From Ptychomitrium polyphyllum (lineage: Eukaryota): a stretch of 64,000 bases of DNA. The notes under the pieces are model-generated. The model saw nothing but the letters and a program-made list of their open reading frames with translations. It was not told the origin of the DNA and did no database searches. Numbering within the stretch: position 1 is the stretch's first letter; each line of letters starts with the position of its first letter. Shown here one piece after another: positions 25,327 through 39,000 of this stretch. The position numbers were made by a program, and so were the translations under genes. The stretch covers positions 13,206,001-13,270,000 of the forward strand of contig OZ316775.1 of the NCBI GenBank assembly GCA_973851085.1, read 5' to 3'.

Positions 25327-27113
25327 ATGGGTTGTGTAGGATCAAAAGCAGTCAAAGGCGTAGACAGTAAGCCCTCCGGTCCCTTCACCTCCTAACAGCC
25401 TTTGGTTCCTCTATTCTTTCTCCCCTTTGCATCTCGGCTGTCGCAGGTGCTGGATTGGTCGTCCCAAATTTGAAATAGGGTAACGAATGAGTTACTGTCA
25501 GAAATTTGCAAAAAGCAGCGGGCTGCCATCGTAGCAATGCGCCGGGACCGACACCTCCTGACGCACGCTCTGCATCCCATTACGATGGTGCAGCGGAGGA
25601 ATCATTAGGACAGTCTGGCTTGCTTTTATGATGACATGGAAGGAACCTGCACGAGGTCATAACGAGCTGAAGTTAGGGTCCCCGCTTCTTTGATTATATC
25701 GTACAGTGTGTTATTAATAATGTTGACATTTGCGACACTCAGGAGTCAGAAGTATGGAATTGGAGGAAAAAATAGCTAGTGCTGGGATTATAGTTGGGTA
25801 CAATAGTCATGCTCTGAACCTTGTCTGGCAATGCAGTTGCATGTAGAAGTTGTAGGTGTGGCTCTTAGAAGTCTATCTACCGGATGTAAAAGGACCCCTC
25901 TCATAGTGCCCAGTCGTGACCATGCGTTTATGGCAATGGTTTTCTCTTGTGGCATGATGTTCACTTGTCCGAAATTAGAGGGAGACAAGTTGTGCTCTAC
26001 AGAGCTGAAACGTAAGGTGCTTGACCTGGCTCTTGAACGTGTCATTGCCGTCAGGAGGGAAAATTGTTGAGCGCTGAATTTTTAATCCTACTATTACGTA
26101 CAGCAAGTTTGCAAGTTCTGTGGCATGATAGGTACCAATGCCTTGTGGCTTTGGGCACAGGGTTACCCATCTGCAGGCGGATAGTTTGTCGAGAGTGTCA
26201 GATGATTCCTCTGTTGCTTTGAGGGAGTTTGGTAGTCATAGCCGTGTACTTTTTTGTAAATGCCATCCTGCAAAACCTCAAATCGTTTTAGAACGATGCT
26301 TCTTTTTTATACTCTACAGGTATCAAGTGCAGGCTACAGACGTTTGACGGAGGAAGTTGGAGAAAAGTTGAGTTGGCTTACGATACTAAGAAGTTCCTGT
26401 TGTCTGCCAGGACATCAAAAAAGGATTAAGCGGCCAAAGCCGTGGAAACATACTGAAGACATTACCCGTGCACAGCTGAAGCAAATGAGAGATGAGTTTT
26501 GGGATACAGCTCCTCATTATGGTGGTAAAAAAGGTACTCGTTTATGACACTAAAAGATCTTCTACAGGACTACCACATTCCATGACAGGTGCAGTTTTGG
26601 TGCATCCTACCAATGGCAGGCTCTGACTTCATGTTTGAATGTGCAGAAATTTGGGATGCTCTCAGAGCAGCAGCAGAAGCTGAAATTAACCTGGCACAAT
26701 TAATTGTTGATAGTGCTGGGGTCATTGTCCAATCTGAAGACTTGTCCACTTGCTATGATGAAAGAGGTCAGTTTCACACTTTCTGATTACGTTTTGTTGC
26801 GACAAAGATGATGCAGTGTTGTAATAGTGCAACCTAGTATTGCCACGCATGAGAAGGCTGTAGTGGAATTCTGTTGACTCTGCCTTTAACAAGGTACTAA
26901 GATTGAAGGTCTTGGTATCCACGAGCATTCAGTTGTGGTCGCCTCCGGAGACAACATTCTCGTTATTGTCGAATTGTTCAGGCCATTGTTCAGGTAGCTT
27001 TTTGTATACCTTAGTTTTAGGACTTGCTGATTCAGTGTGTGTGCATACCAGGTGCCAAGTATGATTTGCCCAAGTATGTGTTAAGCGAGCCAACAAACAT
27101 CAAAGAGGATTAG
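25327..27113 (+). CDS. UBTD: Ubiquitin domain-containing protein UBTD/DC-UbP-like (ubiquitin-binding domain only); 4 exons
   Basis: Exons 25327-25366, 26411-26533, 26647-26766 and 27052-27113 give [84 protein letters not shown]. Confidence 0.93.
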
Positions 27114-28455
27114 CACACCGTCCTGCTGTTACAGTTGCTCTTGCTACACATTGAACAGCGGCCGATGGATACGTCTGTAAGGAGCCGTGCGAGTTCAATA
27201 TCAGTATTCGTGTGCGATTTCAACTGTAAAAATTGAATCGCCCGTTTGAGTGCATTATTGTCGTATATCTTTGTGTTCCTGTAGAGAGTCCCCTACAATG
27301 TGATCATTGTATTATTTTTGAGTTCAATCTGTTGCTGATTTCATACAACATGTACGTGGATGCCTCAATGATTGTAGAGAATTTTCCCTCTACAAACCCA
27401 GAGTGCAGTCCTGTTATTTCATGGGGTTGGAAGTTTTTTGTCCTAATGAAAGCTGCCACACCATTCTTGACTAAGGAAATTGTACAAATAATAATGGCGA
27501 GTTCCACTTGTATCACTTGTCGCATTCTTCTGTATGGAATTCGTGAATCGGGAAGTGAAGCTAGTTTTGGCATGCTCCAATTCTCGTTCCCACTATAGCC
27601 TTGTGGTTTTTCTAGTGCAGTTTCGGTTCTTTCATGCACTAAATGTGAGCAGGGTGTGTCTTGAATTACAATACCGGCACTATGTCCTAGGTGGAGTTGT
27701 GGTGAGATTTAAGTCATGTCAACAGTTTCCGAGTGGTTCACAGACGAGGCAGTCATAGGGACCTACTTTGTCCAGCACCGAAAACGATCTGGTGTGCTCC
27801 AAGTACTCTATGTGGATAGTTGGTTTAACTATATCCCGGAACATGTTGGCTCTATTACCAAAAGTTGACAGTTCATGTCCTATCTATATTCGTGGGTATC
27901 CGTACCAGCGGTTTGGACACCAAATTCATTGGATATCACATGAATAAGTATGTGGAAATTCTTATTTAATTGCGAATAAAAGAAAACAACACATTTATGT
28001 CTTTACTACATAGTACATTTTTAGTCTGTTTAATGATAGTACTCAGGTGGAAGTTTTAGGTGTATCAGGCTTTAACACTTTGTTCCCAAGTACCTTTCAT
28101 GCATGATCGCATTCTGATTGCATCCTTAAGAGGAAGGTACCAGTTGTTCTGTTGTGAGTACTTATCCTTGCAAAGTAGTTCAGGGTGCCTCGCGTTAAAA
28201 CTCACCTGTTCTTTGAACGGACCCGGCCCTTTGACGAGGTTTGAGCTATCCACTTTGCCTTTTGCACAATTGACTCAACTCAGAGCCCATCTGGATCTAG
28301 GGTTTCCTATCCTAGAGTTTCACCTTCATTGTATGCGTTTTGCATGACGTCTCAAAATCAAGGACGTGACATTCAATCGAACATTAATTTAACCACCTAT
28401 GGTCGTTGAATTAATTGCCCAATCTGGTATAGTTGGGATTATGCTTTTGAATCTC

Positions 28456-28546
28456 AGTGTTGGGGTGGCAAGTGTTGGGGTGGCAAGTGTTGGGGTGGCA
28501 AGTGTTGGGGTGGCAAGTGTTGGGGTGGCAAGTGTTGGGTGTTGGG
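28456..28546. repeat. 15-bp minisatellite (AGTGTTGGGGTGGCA) x5 plus a partial unit
   Basis: Five perfect units at 28456-28530, then agtgttgggtgttggg. Confidence 0.97.
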
Positions 28547-29018
28547 CTAGCTATTTGATATTCTATTGTAGCCTTGGCATGTACATAGTGAGCTTGATTC
28601 TTAAATAGAAAGAACATCTAAATAGTGGCTTCATAATTTTTTAAGGCTCACACAAATGGAGAAGAAAGCAAAGAAAATTCTTCATGTTGATTGGCATGTA
28701 AAAATGTAAGCATTCTTGTTCATGGACGTATTTTCTTTCTTTATAATATCTTTTATGGGTGAAAGCACATGGCAAGCATTCAAGACAGGTATATGGAATA
28801 ACAAGATTTCATATTAAGAACCAAGAATTACAACAAAACATATTCTAAAAGGTTTGAGGTAGACCTTAAGAAATGCATTGTTTAGACTAAAGATACCTTG
28901 ACTCTTGTTTATACTAAGACCAAGAAAACTTATTTAGCAACTTCTTTAAAGGGACTATGGTACTAATCACAAATTTGAGTGCATAGATGGGATCTTATCA
29001 TAAGCTCAAAAGCACAAT

Positions 29019-29119
29019 TAGCACCAATTAACTTTTATTTCTTGCCTTTTTAGCACCAATTGACTTTTATATTTTGCCTTTTTAATACCAACTAATTTTT
29101 ATTTCTTGCCTTTTTAGCA
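29019..29119. repeat. ~32-bp tandem repeat x3
   Basis: Degenerate units of tagcaccaattaacttttatttcttgcctttt. Confidence 0.85.
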
Positions 29120-29954
29120 ATGCCAAACCATATGTACACATGCTTTTAAATGAATTTGGCAAGAATTAAACGTGATCCAATGCTATAATGCTTGAAAAAC
29201 TTAAACCAATTGGTTTTTTGTGGCTTGGCAATTGATATTGAACATGCAAGACTTTTATCCCTCTTTTTGGTTTGTTTTTTTTTTTTTTTACAAAATTTTC
29301 TTTTGTTGTAATTTTGTTAAATATATTATCTTCACCAAGGATTCATTTCATAAATTGAAGTTGTAAGATAAGGATTAAATGTCAAAATAAGAAAAGATAA
29401 GATTGAATAAAATCAATAGGAATAAATATATGGAATTATAAATCACAAAAATAAGAACCTAAACCGATTAAAAGAAGTAAGCAGGTGGAAAAGAGTAATC
29501 TTTACATGCAAGTGGGCCAAAAGAAGAATTGAAGGTGCTTGAGCAAGAAAAGAAGCAAAAGAGCCAAAATAAAATGAAAAATGAAAATGCTTTGCAGCGG
29601 CAAAATTTGAAGTGTAAGAATTTTGGCTTGTGTATGTGTTATTAGAGAAGTTTTTGAAAACAAAACTTTGAAGAAGTGTTTTTTGAGAGATAAAAAATAT
29701 GATCACAAAAGTTTAAATCCTAATTCATGCAAAGAAGAAAATATAGTGCGTCAAAATACAAGAGGTTTAAAAATGTTGGCAAAGAAGTAGATAAGGTTTT
29801 AAAGCTTGGTTCTAAGTGAGTATTATGAAGGTTGGATTAAAATTTTGATATAAATTTTCAATTGCTTTAGTAAAATAATATCAAAAATTGAAAAGCAAAT
29901 GAGTTTTGAGTTAGAAGTTATAATAAAATTGAAACTGACATTGAATGTAATATG

Positions 29955-30340
29955 TGTTACGGATGTAGATCACACAATATAATTATTAAAATTTTCTAGA
30001 ACCTTCTATTACATTGTAGTAGCTTATTAGAATCCTTTTAATGCTTCTACAGCCATTACAGGTTCTTGAAAAATTTCTTAAGAAGATTCCATAAAATTTT
30101 AGAACATTCTTAAGCTTCGTAGGAAGCTTCTTTAGAAGTATCTTAAAAAATACTAGCAATATAACATTAATAAGAGGAAAGTTAAGATATATTTTAGTCT
30201 TGCCAATACAAGTTGTAGATAATATTTGTATTGTGCCTTTATTTTAGTCTTTATATCAATTCTTATTAATCATTAGTTTTCTAAAAGCAAATTCTTGGAA
30301 ACCACTTTCTATTTGCTTCTTATATCTTATTTATCTAATA
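29955..30340 (+). mobile_element. Old solo LTR, chromovirus family A
   Basis: Starts tgttacggatgtagatc like the LTR at 45726 and contains agtcttgccaa. Ends ..ctaata (ca>ta) and is flanked by ATATG on both sides (5-bp TSD). Confidence 0.85.
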
Positions 30341-30699
30341 ATATGAAAGTCAAAAATTAAGGTTAAGGAAAAATTGTATATGTTTACTTATTATTTCAGT
30401 TGCTATAAAATTTGTAAGATACATTTTGGTTTAAATATGAAACAAACTTATTAAGTTTTGTTGTAAGTAAAAAAATGTGCAAATACTTGTAGAAGGCTAT
30501 AAGAAAAAGAGTTAAAATAGAAGTGAAGAATTTACGTTTAAAATTAATTGCTTTGAATATCCATATGATTGAATTGGAAATTGTATGTGATAGTTTTAGG
30601 TTTTGAAGTGGTGGATTATACATCTGTAGTAATATATTAGAGATTTAGCTAACTAGTTTGAAGAATTAGCATAAATTACTAATTAAATTTTTTGTCTAA

Positions 30700-33096
30700 A
30701 TTATTTGCTACTAAAAATCCAAGAATTTTTTTTTAACAAACTTTTTTGACCTGATATAATGTCATGACTTATTCTTTTAGTTTTGAAGTCTCTAAAAGAG
30801 CATATTGCAATAGAAATGTTTAAAGGCGTAGAAATCCATATTTATTCCATTGTATTTGCAACATATTCTAACTCTCTTTTGCGGGCCAAATTATTCATAA
30901 GAATTTACAATCATCAATAATGACCAATATCTTCCACTTTAAATCAAGCATGGATTTTTGTATCTTTGTTGTAAAAACAACCTTTAAACATTGCTTTTGC
31001 ATGAAATACAATATTTGTAATATAGAATAAAATAATGAGTTTGGAACTATAGTAATTTATATAGATTCAACTCAAATCAAGCTCAATTGTATATTTCATA
31101 AATTATTTTAAATACAAATTCAATGGCTTTTGATTAATGTGGTTTATCAAAGAGTAAAAAATTTGCTATATAATTTCAAAAACATGAAAATCATCTTTGA
31201 CAAATTTAATTTCTTTTAAATTTATTTCATCTTTGAGATTATTTTGGAACTTTGTAGTTTTACATTATAATGAATATAATGTTATAAATTTCATAGATAA
31301 GCTCCACTATAAAGACAATCTTTAGCGTTTATTAATAATCGTCTTTTAACATCTTCTTAGTCTAATTTGTTTTTTGTCCTGAGGTTGCCAATGATGGATG
31401 TTGTTGATGGAAATTGTTGATTCTTATTGACAACTTAGCAAGATTGCTAGTTGGCTCCAACATGTATTTTATGGCAATTTAATAAAATTGAATATTATTT
31501 GAATACTATGTTTTTTTGATGTTATTATTAATAATATTGTTACACAAATAACATTAATAAAAGATAGGAATTGGCCACTTATAATTTCTACATGTATGGC
31601 TTTAGGCTTTTGAATTGTAAGAGTTTATACAATCTATTAAAAAAAAACTATCTATAATACCTGTAGAAATTCTTAAACCTAATAATATAACAAATTTTAG
31701 TTTTGTAGGACCTAGACAAATTGGTACAATAAGGCAATAAAATTTGATGGTTGAATAAGCACTTTTTTGGATTATAAAATAGAAGACTCCAATTGCTCAG
31801 TTCCAATTGTGAAAAGACGCCTTTATCTTCCAACTTAGCAAAAGTTGATGTGATTGTACTCTTCATTCAATGTGTATGTCATTTTTCTTTACAACTATTA
31901 ATTTTGTAGTTGGACTTTCCATAATGTAAACATAATCTTCTCTTATAGCAACAATTCTTTTTTTTTTAAGAAAGAAGTTTGGAATAAATCAGGTCAATCT
32001 ACATATCTTTAGTTCCTATTTGCATGTTGGAATTAAATGGCGTTGAAGTTGTAAGTGTTGGTGTATTGCCTTGATATAATGGAAAAGTGCCTATCTTGTC
32101 ATTGTTGAGTAATCAATTATTGTACTTCACTTCTTGAATAATTGCTTTATAAAAGATTTGAAGGCTAAGCATTAATAATAATAGATCCTTCATATTATCT
32201 TTCAATTTCCAATAAAATTGTTAGAACCTCTTCCTCAATTGATGCCATATGGTAATTGACAAAAGATCAATACACATGTTGATGCTAAGCATATACTTTT
32301 TCATAAGGCTCAAATCTTAATTGTTGTTGAGCAAATTTTGTCATGGTTGTCAAATGTTTTTTGCAAATGTTCCTAGAAAAACCATTAAAATTGGTCAATA
32401 TAAGGGAATTCTTTTCAAATAGTGGAATAAATCAGGACAAATTTTGTCATGAGAGCAAAGTTCCTATTAATTCAATTTGTGATGCTTTTGTTGGAAATTA
32501 TTGTGGATGGAGCAAGATAAATAGCTGCATCTGGTTATTAAGCCTCAAAATTTGAAAGATTTACTATCAAACTTCTATGGAAGGTTGATCCTTGACTACT
32601 TAAATGTTAAATCTGCAACTTCTAAAGTGCCATAGTACATTCAAATAGAGTGGTAATCTATGCTTTATTTAAAAAGACCAAGCTTTAATATTGTTTGTAA
32701 GTTATATTTGAGAAATAAATGTAAATAAAAAGTACAAAATAAAGAATTAATACAAAGAGATGGAATAATTAGATTTTATATTAAGAACAAAAATTATGAC
32801 AAAACACTAGGCCATAAGGTCTAAACTAAACTACAACATCTGTGTTGTCAACACTAAAGATTTATTCAACCTTCACTCTTATGTATATTAGATCTCAAAT
32901 TTTTGCGAAGTTTTTCAAGAAGCTGCATGTATAATGGTTTATATTGAAGCAACCTCATGTTGCTTCTTTAGAAGGTTTTCTAATTAAGGTAGCTTCTTAA
33001 GGAAATTCCTGAACTATCTCAAACTTCTTTGGATTTCTTTGGTTTTTTTAAAAGCTTTTAATATGTAATATGTGGTAATAATATACGTTTGTAACA
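30700..33096 (-). mobile_element. Highly decayed, internally deleted Ty3/gypsy element (family B)
   Basis: LTR ~33096-32693 is similar to 51465-51905 and is followed by a decayed Met-type PBS (aatattaaagcttgg). gag relic RINLP*KFD..IGTLLS..FIPLFEK..MKDLLL and RT relic FAKLE..VF...RFKNFYRY. Left boundary approximate. Confidence 0.75.
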
Positions 33097-36000
33097 CATG
33101 CATGGCTATGATAATTTTGTAAATTTAAAATTTTGGAAATATGTATTTTTTGAAAACACAACCATTTACTAAAGCTATATTATATTTGTACATTGCTGTA
33201 ATGAAAACAATTCAAAGTAGATACAATTACAAAATACAACATACACTAATCTACACAAATGGACACAATTCTATACTTTCTTTAGATTAATCTTTTACAT
33301 ATGGATATAATTAAATCTAGTTCAATATTGTATGCTCATTATACACTAAGCTTAGATCTGAATTTTCTTTAGTATAATCTATAACATGTATATTAATAAG
33401 CACCTTTAAAGCCTTGCTTTAGAACTTACATGGGCTTGAATTCATATATATTGAATGCTCAAAATGTGCATATGTTTTATAAATTGTCACCCATTTTGGA
33501 ACTTCTTCTATCCAAATTTGACAATTTCATCCAATTTTTAGTAAAGTTTGTTTGATATAATTTTTTCATAAAATTCTCTTGCTACTTTATTTCCATGTAT
33601 ATCTAAAGATTTCGTTTGTAATAATATGGCTACACGTACATTAAATAATGAAGAAAGTAGGCATGTTCTTAAGAAATTATCTTTTAAAATCATTTTTACT
33701 AGAGAATTCACCTTTGAAATTGGATTTATTTTGTTTCAGAATTGATTGAAGTTGATTATTTTTAAAAAATTGTAATTTTACATAGATTAAAGAGTCATTT
33801 AAAAAATATTAGTAGAACTATAAGAGCCAATAAAACATTACTACCAAAATGATAATTTTTAAGGTTTTTTATAGCATTTCTAAGATACTATAGTGTTTTA
33901 AAACAACACTCAAATTTACAAATCAAAACACTTTAGCTCATCAAAAACCATTACAAATTGTATTTCATCTTAGAGCTTATAAAGACTCTCTTTAAAATGA
34001 CATATTCAATAATCATATGGGGCTTTAAAATTTTATATATCAAATGTAGCATTTGTTAATAGAGTAAAAAATTACAATGTTATAAAGGATATTTGTAAAA
34101 GACATATGTTTATAGGTTGAAAAAGATGCACATTTCAAATTAAATGTAAGATTTAATGGGATAAAGTTTTAATTATGTCATCATGTTTACAATGAAAAAC
34201 ATTTAATTATGTGAGTTAATAAAAAGAAATGGTTTCAATCTTTTTTAAAATTAACTCAAAAGTAAATAAGAAATATTGAAAAATAATAAATATAGTGCTT
34301 TTATGTATGTATTGTGTGTTGTCTACCATGTCCTATAAAATAATTTGATCTAAAATTTGGATTGCTTGCTATAAATCCAATATTTAGAGCTACCAAGCAT
34401 GCCAATGGGCTTTTAATATGTTATCATTTGGAAATTTTCACTTAAAAGATGCCAATTCAAAGATTTGTGGTGTATAAAAGAAGTTATTTTGATATTAACA
34501 ATAAGTTAGCAAATCCTCTTATCATAAATTTCATTTTAGTATCTATCATGAAAATTGTTCAATGAGAGGTTTAATTTGAATGTTGCACAATACTATGAAA
34601 TTAAAACAATGACATTGTTAGTAATTGTTTATTGAATTTGCTAAATTAGATTTTGAATTGATTTTGTAAAATTGGTATAAGTATGCTATAATACATTCCA
34701 CTTGTTTGATGAGGTAATGAAATTTGACAAACTAATATTCATACTTGGAATTTTAACAAAATTGATATATTTAAAATTTTAAGAGAAAAAGAACAATTTT
34801 TCAATTAGATTGTGCTTTCAAAAGATTACTTTTGCCAAAGTATCACATTAAGAAAATCAAAAGGATCAATTTTCTTATGGAATTCATATAGATTAAGATG
34901 ATTTGTTGTTGAATAGTACACCTACACTAATTCTTTCATCAAATAATATGAAATTTTATTTTCCATATGAAATATTAGAATTTATGTACAAATTTGTTTT
35001 ATTAAAAAATCAATGTTATTTTTATATTAAATTCTTTCCAATATTAAATTTTATATTGATGCTATGCCTCATATCTTTCAATAAATCTTTCATAATCATT
35101 TGTACATTTTGATATTTACTTCAATATGTTTAAGTTTCAAATATGTGAAAAAATCATAAATAATTACAAATACATACAAGACATAAATTTAAAGAAGGAA
35201 TCTATACAAAAAACTTTAATTGAAAGTATGTTGTACATAGATTTTATGATCTATTAGATGTAAGTTATACTTTGGCCAAAGTCACTTTTGTTGTTAAGGG
35301 ATTAAAAAACAAAATTTTCTTATGAAATAATATATTATTATAATATTGTATATTAACTTTCATAAACACACATTCCTTCATTGATTCTTAAAAGTAATGA
35401 TTTAAAAATCTTATTACATTTGTTTTTTTAATTAATTTTTATATAATGAACATTGTTTCATGCATTACATTTAATTGAATTTTTGAATTGGATCCATGTT
35501 TAATTTTGTGTAGTTTACTAAATGCTTGCATAAATTAATTTGTTTCTATTTGTCACCTTTAATGATATATATTAGTCCTTTTCAAATCAAACCACACCAT
35601 TTGAATTACACCATATTGATGTAGAATTTCAAATTAGTGAGCTTTACATTGAATAGAATTTTAGTATAACAACTACAAATGGGTGAGTATATAATTTGGA
35701 TAGATGTATAACATGCTATACGTGAAACAATAGTATATCGCTCTAATATGTTATATGATTTTGTTGTACCAACTTTTATAATACAATTATTTAAAAAAAA
35801 TTATAACAATAAAGTGCCATATCTTAAGCCAATACTTATATATATTGAAATATAAATAAAACATAAATTATATGGATATAATTTTACAATATATTTGATT
35901 TTGTCATATTACATGATTAATCTATAAGAAATAGAAAATTGAGAACTTTAATACAAATTAAAAATTTCCAAAAGGCCATCCATTTTTGGAAAATATAAGA

Positions 36001-39000
36001 AAATGATGAATTAATGGTTTTATAATTACATGGATACATTTATACTATGATAATATTAATACATCATATCTTAAAGTAAATGGTTATAATTTTATTATAA
36101 TTAAATCTATACAACACCATATAATGCCTATACCATACCTTATAGTAAATTAATACTTTAGCTTTTGTATACAACTATTTCTTTTTATATTAAATGGTAT
36201 AGATTTTTCAAATTATGAATATACTTCAATCACAACTTTTTAGAGACTTCTATAGTTTTTTAAAACCTTCCATTCACTTCTAAGAATTTTCAACAAATCT
36301 TTTGTAGATTTTTTTAAAACTTTTCATTTTTCATATATAAAACCTTTTAAATTTCTTCATATTAATCTAATTCATGGTAGCTGTGCCGGTTGTCATTCTG
36401 TCGCCATTTGTGCCCCAGCAACTCGTAAAACAAGGAGCGACGATATCAAGGATCATAAACAGCCTCCTGGATGTCACAATAACGTCCGAGGTAGAACCAT
36501 TGATGCATACAATCACTTTCTTGACGACATTATTAGTTTAACATTCCAGCGCCGCTGAGTGAACACTGTCGGCGAGTCTTCTATCAGTGCTCGACCTTTG
36601 AAAGCATGCTAACGTGGTTATTGACACTCAAGCACCACATAGCAGAGTTTCTTTCTGAACACGCAAATTCACGATTGGGAAAACTCCCAAGAATAAGATA
36701 AATCAATCAAATGGTACTACCGGAACAACAGATAACTGCAAACTGTGTAGAATAACCAGGCCCAATCCATGAAGACCCACGAGTCATTCAGGCTAAGCAG
36801 ACAGCATCTACAAGTTCATCTTCGAATCACATAGTCGCATGCCAGCCACCATCGCCAATAAAACCCCTGCTAGAACGCCGGCTTAATCGTGTACATTTCC
36901 AAGACCATCACTCGTTCAGACCCAAAAAACACTAAACCACATTTCAGAACAGTAAGATACAAGAAACTCAACGAGTGTAAGAGTACTGTGTTTTCAGCAC
37001 TGTTGTTGATGATCCAGTTCACTGAAAGCTGATCCCAGTTTCCCAAATAGAGTTGGAACTTACTGTAGTTGAAGTTGAGAGAAGTCGAAGGAGCAATGCC
37101 GTGTTCCCAGGCTGGATTTTTTTGGACCTGCCTTGTTAACGTCTTTTTTAAACTCTTAATTTTGCTCGAATTTCACTTGCGACTCTGGAAAACTCACTTC
37201 ATTCTGCGATCAAGGACTTCACCAGACAGCAATATTTTAATAGACTAATTTGGCCTGTCCTTTGGCGTAACTAGTCCTCATGAGTGTTCGAAGCAGAACT
37301 GAGCTGTAGGTTTTAATTAAGGTTAGGTAGCAGATACGTCTTGGAAGCTTGAGGGGCTCCTATAGGTAGTTGACTTACGAGCTCAGCAGCTGCGTGAAGT
37401 TGGGGAGCAGCCATCGATGGTAGGAAGGAGTAAGGAAGAGTGATGGCACTTCAATTATGCCGACTTTTACACTCCATGAACATGCCACAACCTACCAAGC
37501 AAAGTGGTTTGAATCGTGGGTTGCTTCGCATCTATTGCGTACCGGACCATATTATAATTCTGTTCATTTAATATGCAACTTTTGTAATCATACTAATTTA
37601 AGAAGTTGAATAGCAATGAAAGTGAAAGGTTGACATCATATGTTAACATCAGGTTGCATTAATTACAGGAGCGCCACGCAGCTTCCCACCCAATTGTCAT
37701 GCCAGCTTATTTCCACTGTGATTTATGACATGCACTTCTTGAAACATCAAACTCTGTTCAAGCCCTTCCAACTTCATGCTTCAACTTGAACGAATACCAC
37801 ATCTTTTCGCACAAGTGTGCCCTACCATTCTCTGGCGCTTGATAGAATTCAAGGCACTGTATGTAACAGCAGGGCCAGCTAGAAAAGCTTCGTCATGGAA
37901 CACTTATGTAAATCCGAGCTCCTGCAAAATAGTTATAAGTCAATGACAAACCGACATTATCAAATCTCGTACAATATAATCCACTTTCATGCAAGTCCTT
38001 GAATATCCTCGGCATCACAACTTAGCGAAAAACGAAAGTGCTTTCATCTCCAAATATCGAGCAATCAAGCACCTACACAATAAGAGCCAAGTTGGCAAGA
38101 CATGAAATTTTACAACAGTAAAGAATCCAAAACTTTCATCGTCCCCTGAGAGATGCACAGAAGACTGAAGCTTGCATATCCTTGCTCTTTACTTTGCTGC
38201 GGTAGTCTCACATGCTTGTGTTCGTTGGCAAAGCTCGAACTAGATGGCAAAACAAATGTCCTGCACTTTCAAGGAGAAAAAAATATTTCCGTTAAAACCA
38301 TGAACAATCCCTCACAAGCTTTCCAGAATAGGGGCTTTCCTAGCACTTGTGTGACATGCGCTTTAGACTTTTGCATCCCTTTAATGGGTAATTTTTCATT
38401 AAAAGGGGACAACTTTTGTATAGTTTGTACTTCTTTGGAAAAGTCATTCTGATCATGGCAATTCTTGTGACACCAAATGGTTTGTCCAAGGATCAACTCT
38501 TGATATGTCCTCGTGCAATCGCATGACATACAGAGTCAGACGGAAGACGAGCTAGGTGATGTGTCATAATCGGCCAGTAGAGGCTTGGAATTCTAGAGAT
38601 ATGGGAAGTGGAGAAAGATCAGCAGCCGTAATCGACGTGATGTGAAATGTTCTGCACTGGGGATATGGAGCCAATTTGGCGGCCGCCAAGTTCCCCAGTT
38701 GAGCATGGGCATGTACAAGGGCTAATTCCGCCAAAATGTTCTTATCTACTAGTAGCCTACACCCCTGTTTCTCAAATCTGTAAGCGGCATAAAAAGGGTG
38801 GACTTTAGCACTGAGTGTCACAAATGTGTTAAATAGGTTCTTAAGAGATAAGTATACTCCGACTTCCCCTTTTTATACATGGACCTGGTTATCAACGACA
38901 AGACCATGAGGGCTTCCAGGTGGCCGTGGGCTATACTAGTCCTAGAAGAGCAAAATCAGCGCTGCCAACGGACCTACGGCGCACGAGATTCAGAGAGCTT

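Noticed and set aside
28456..29119. CRISPR-like arrays
   Set aside because: The repeats are head-to-tail with no unique spacers, there are no cas genes and the context is eukaryotic.
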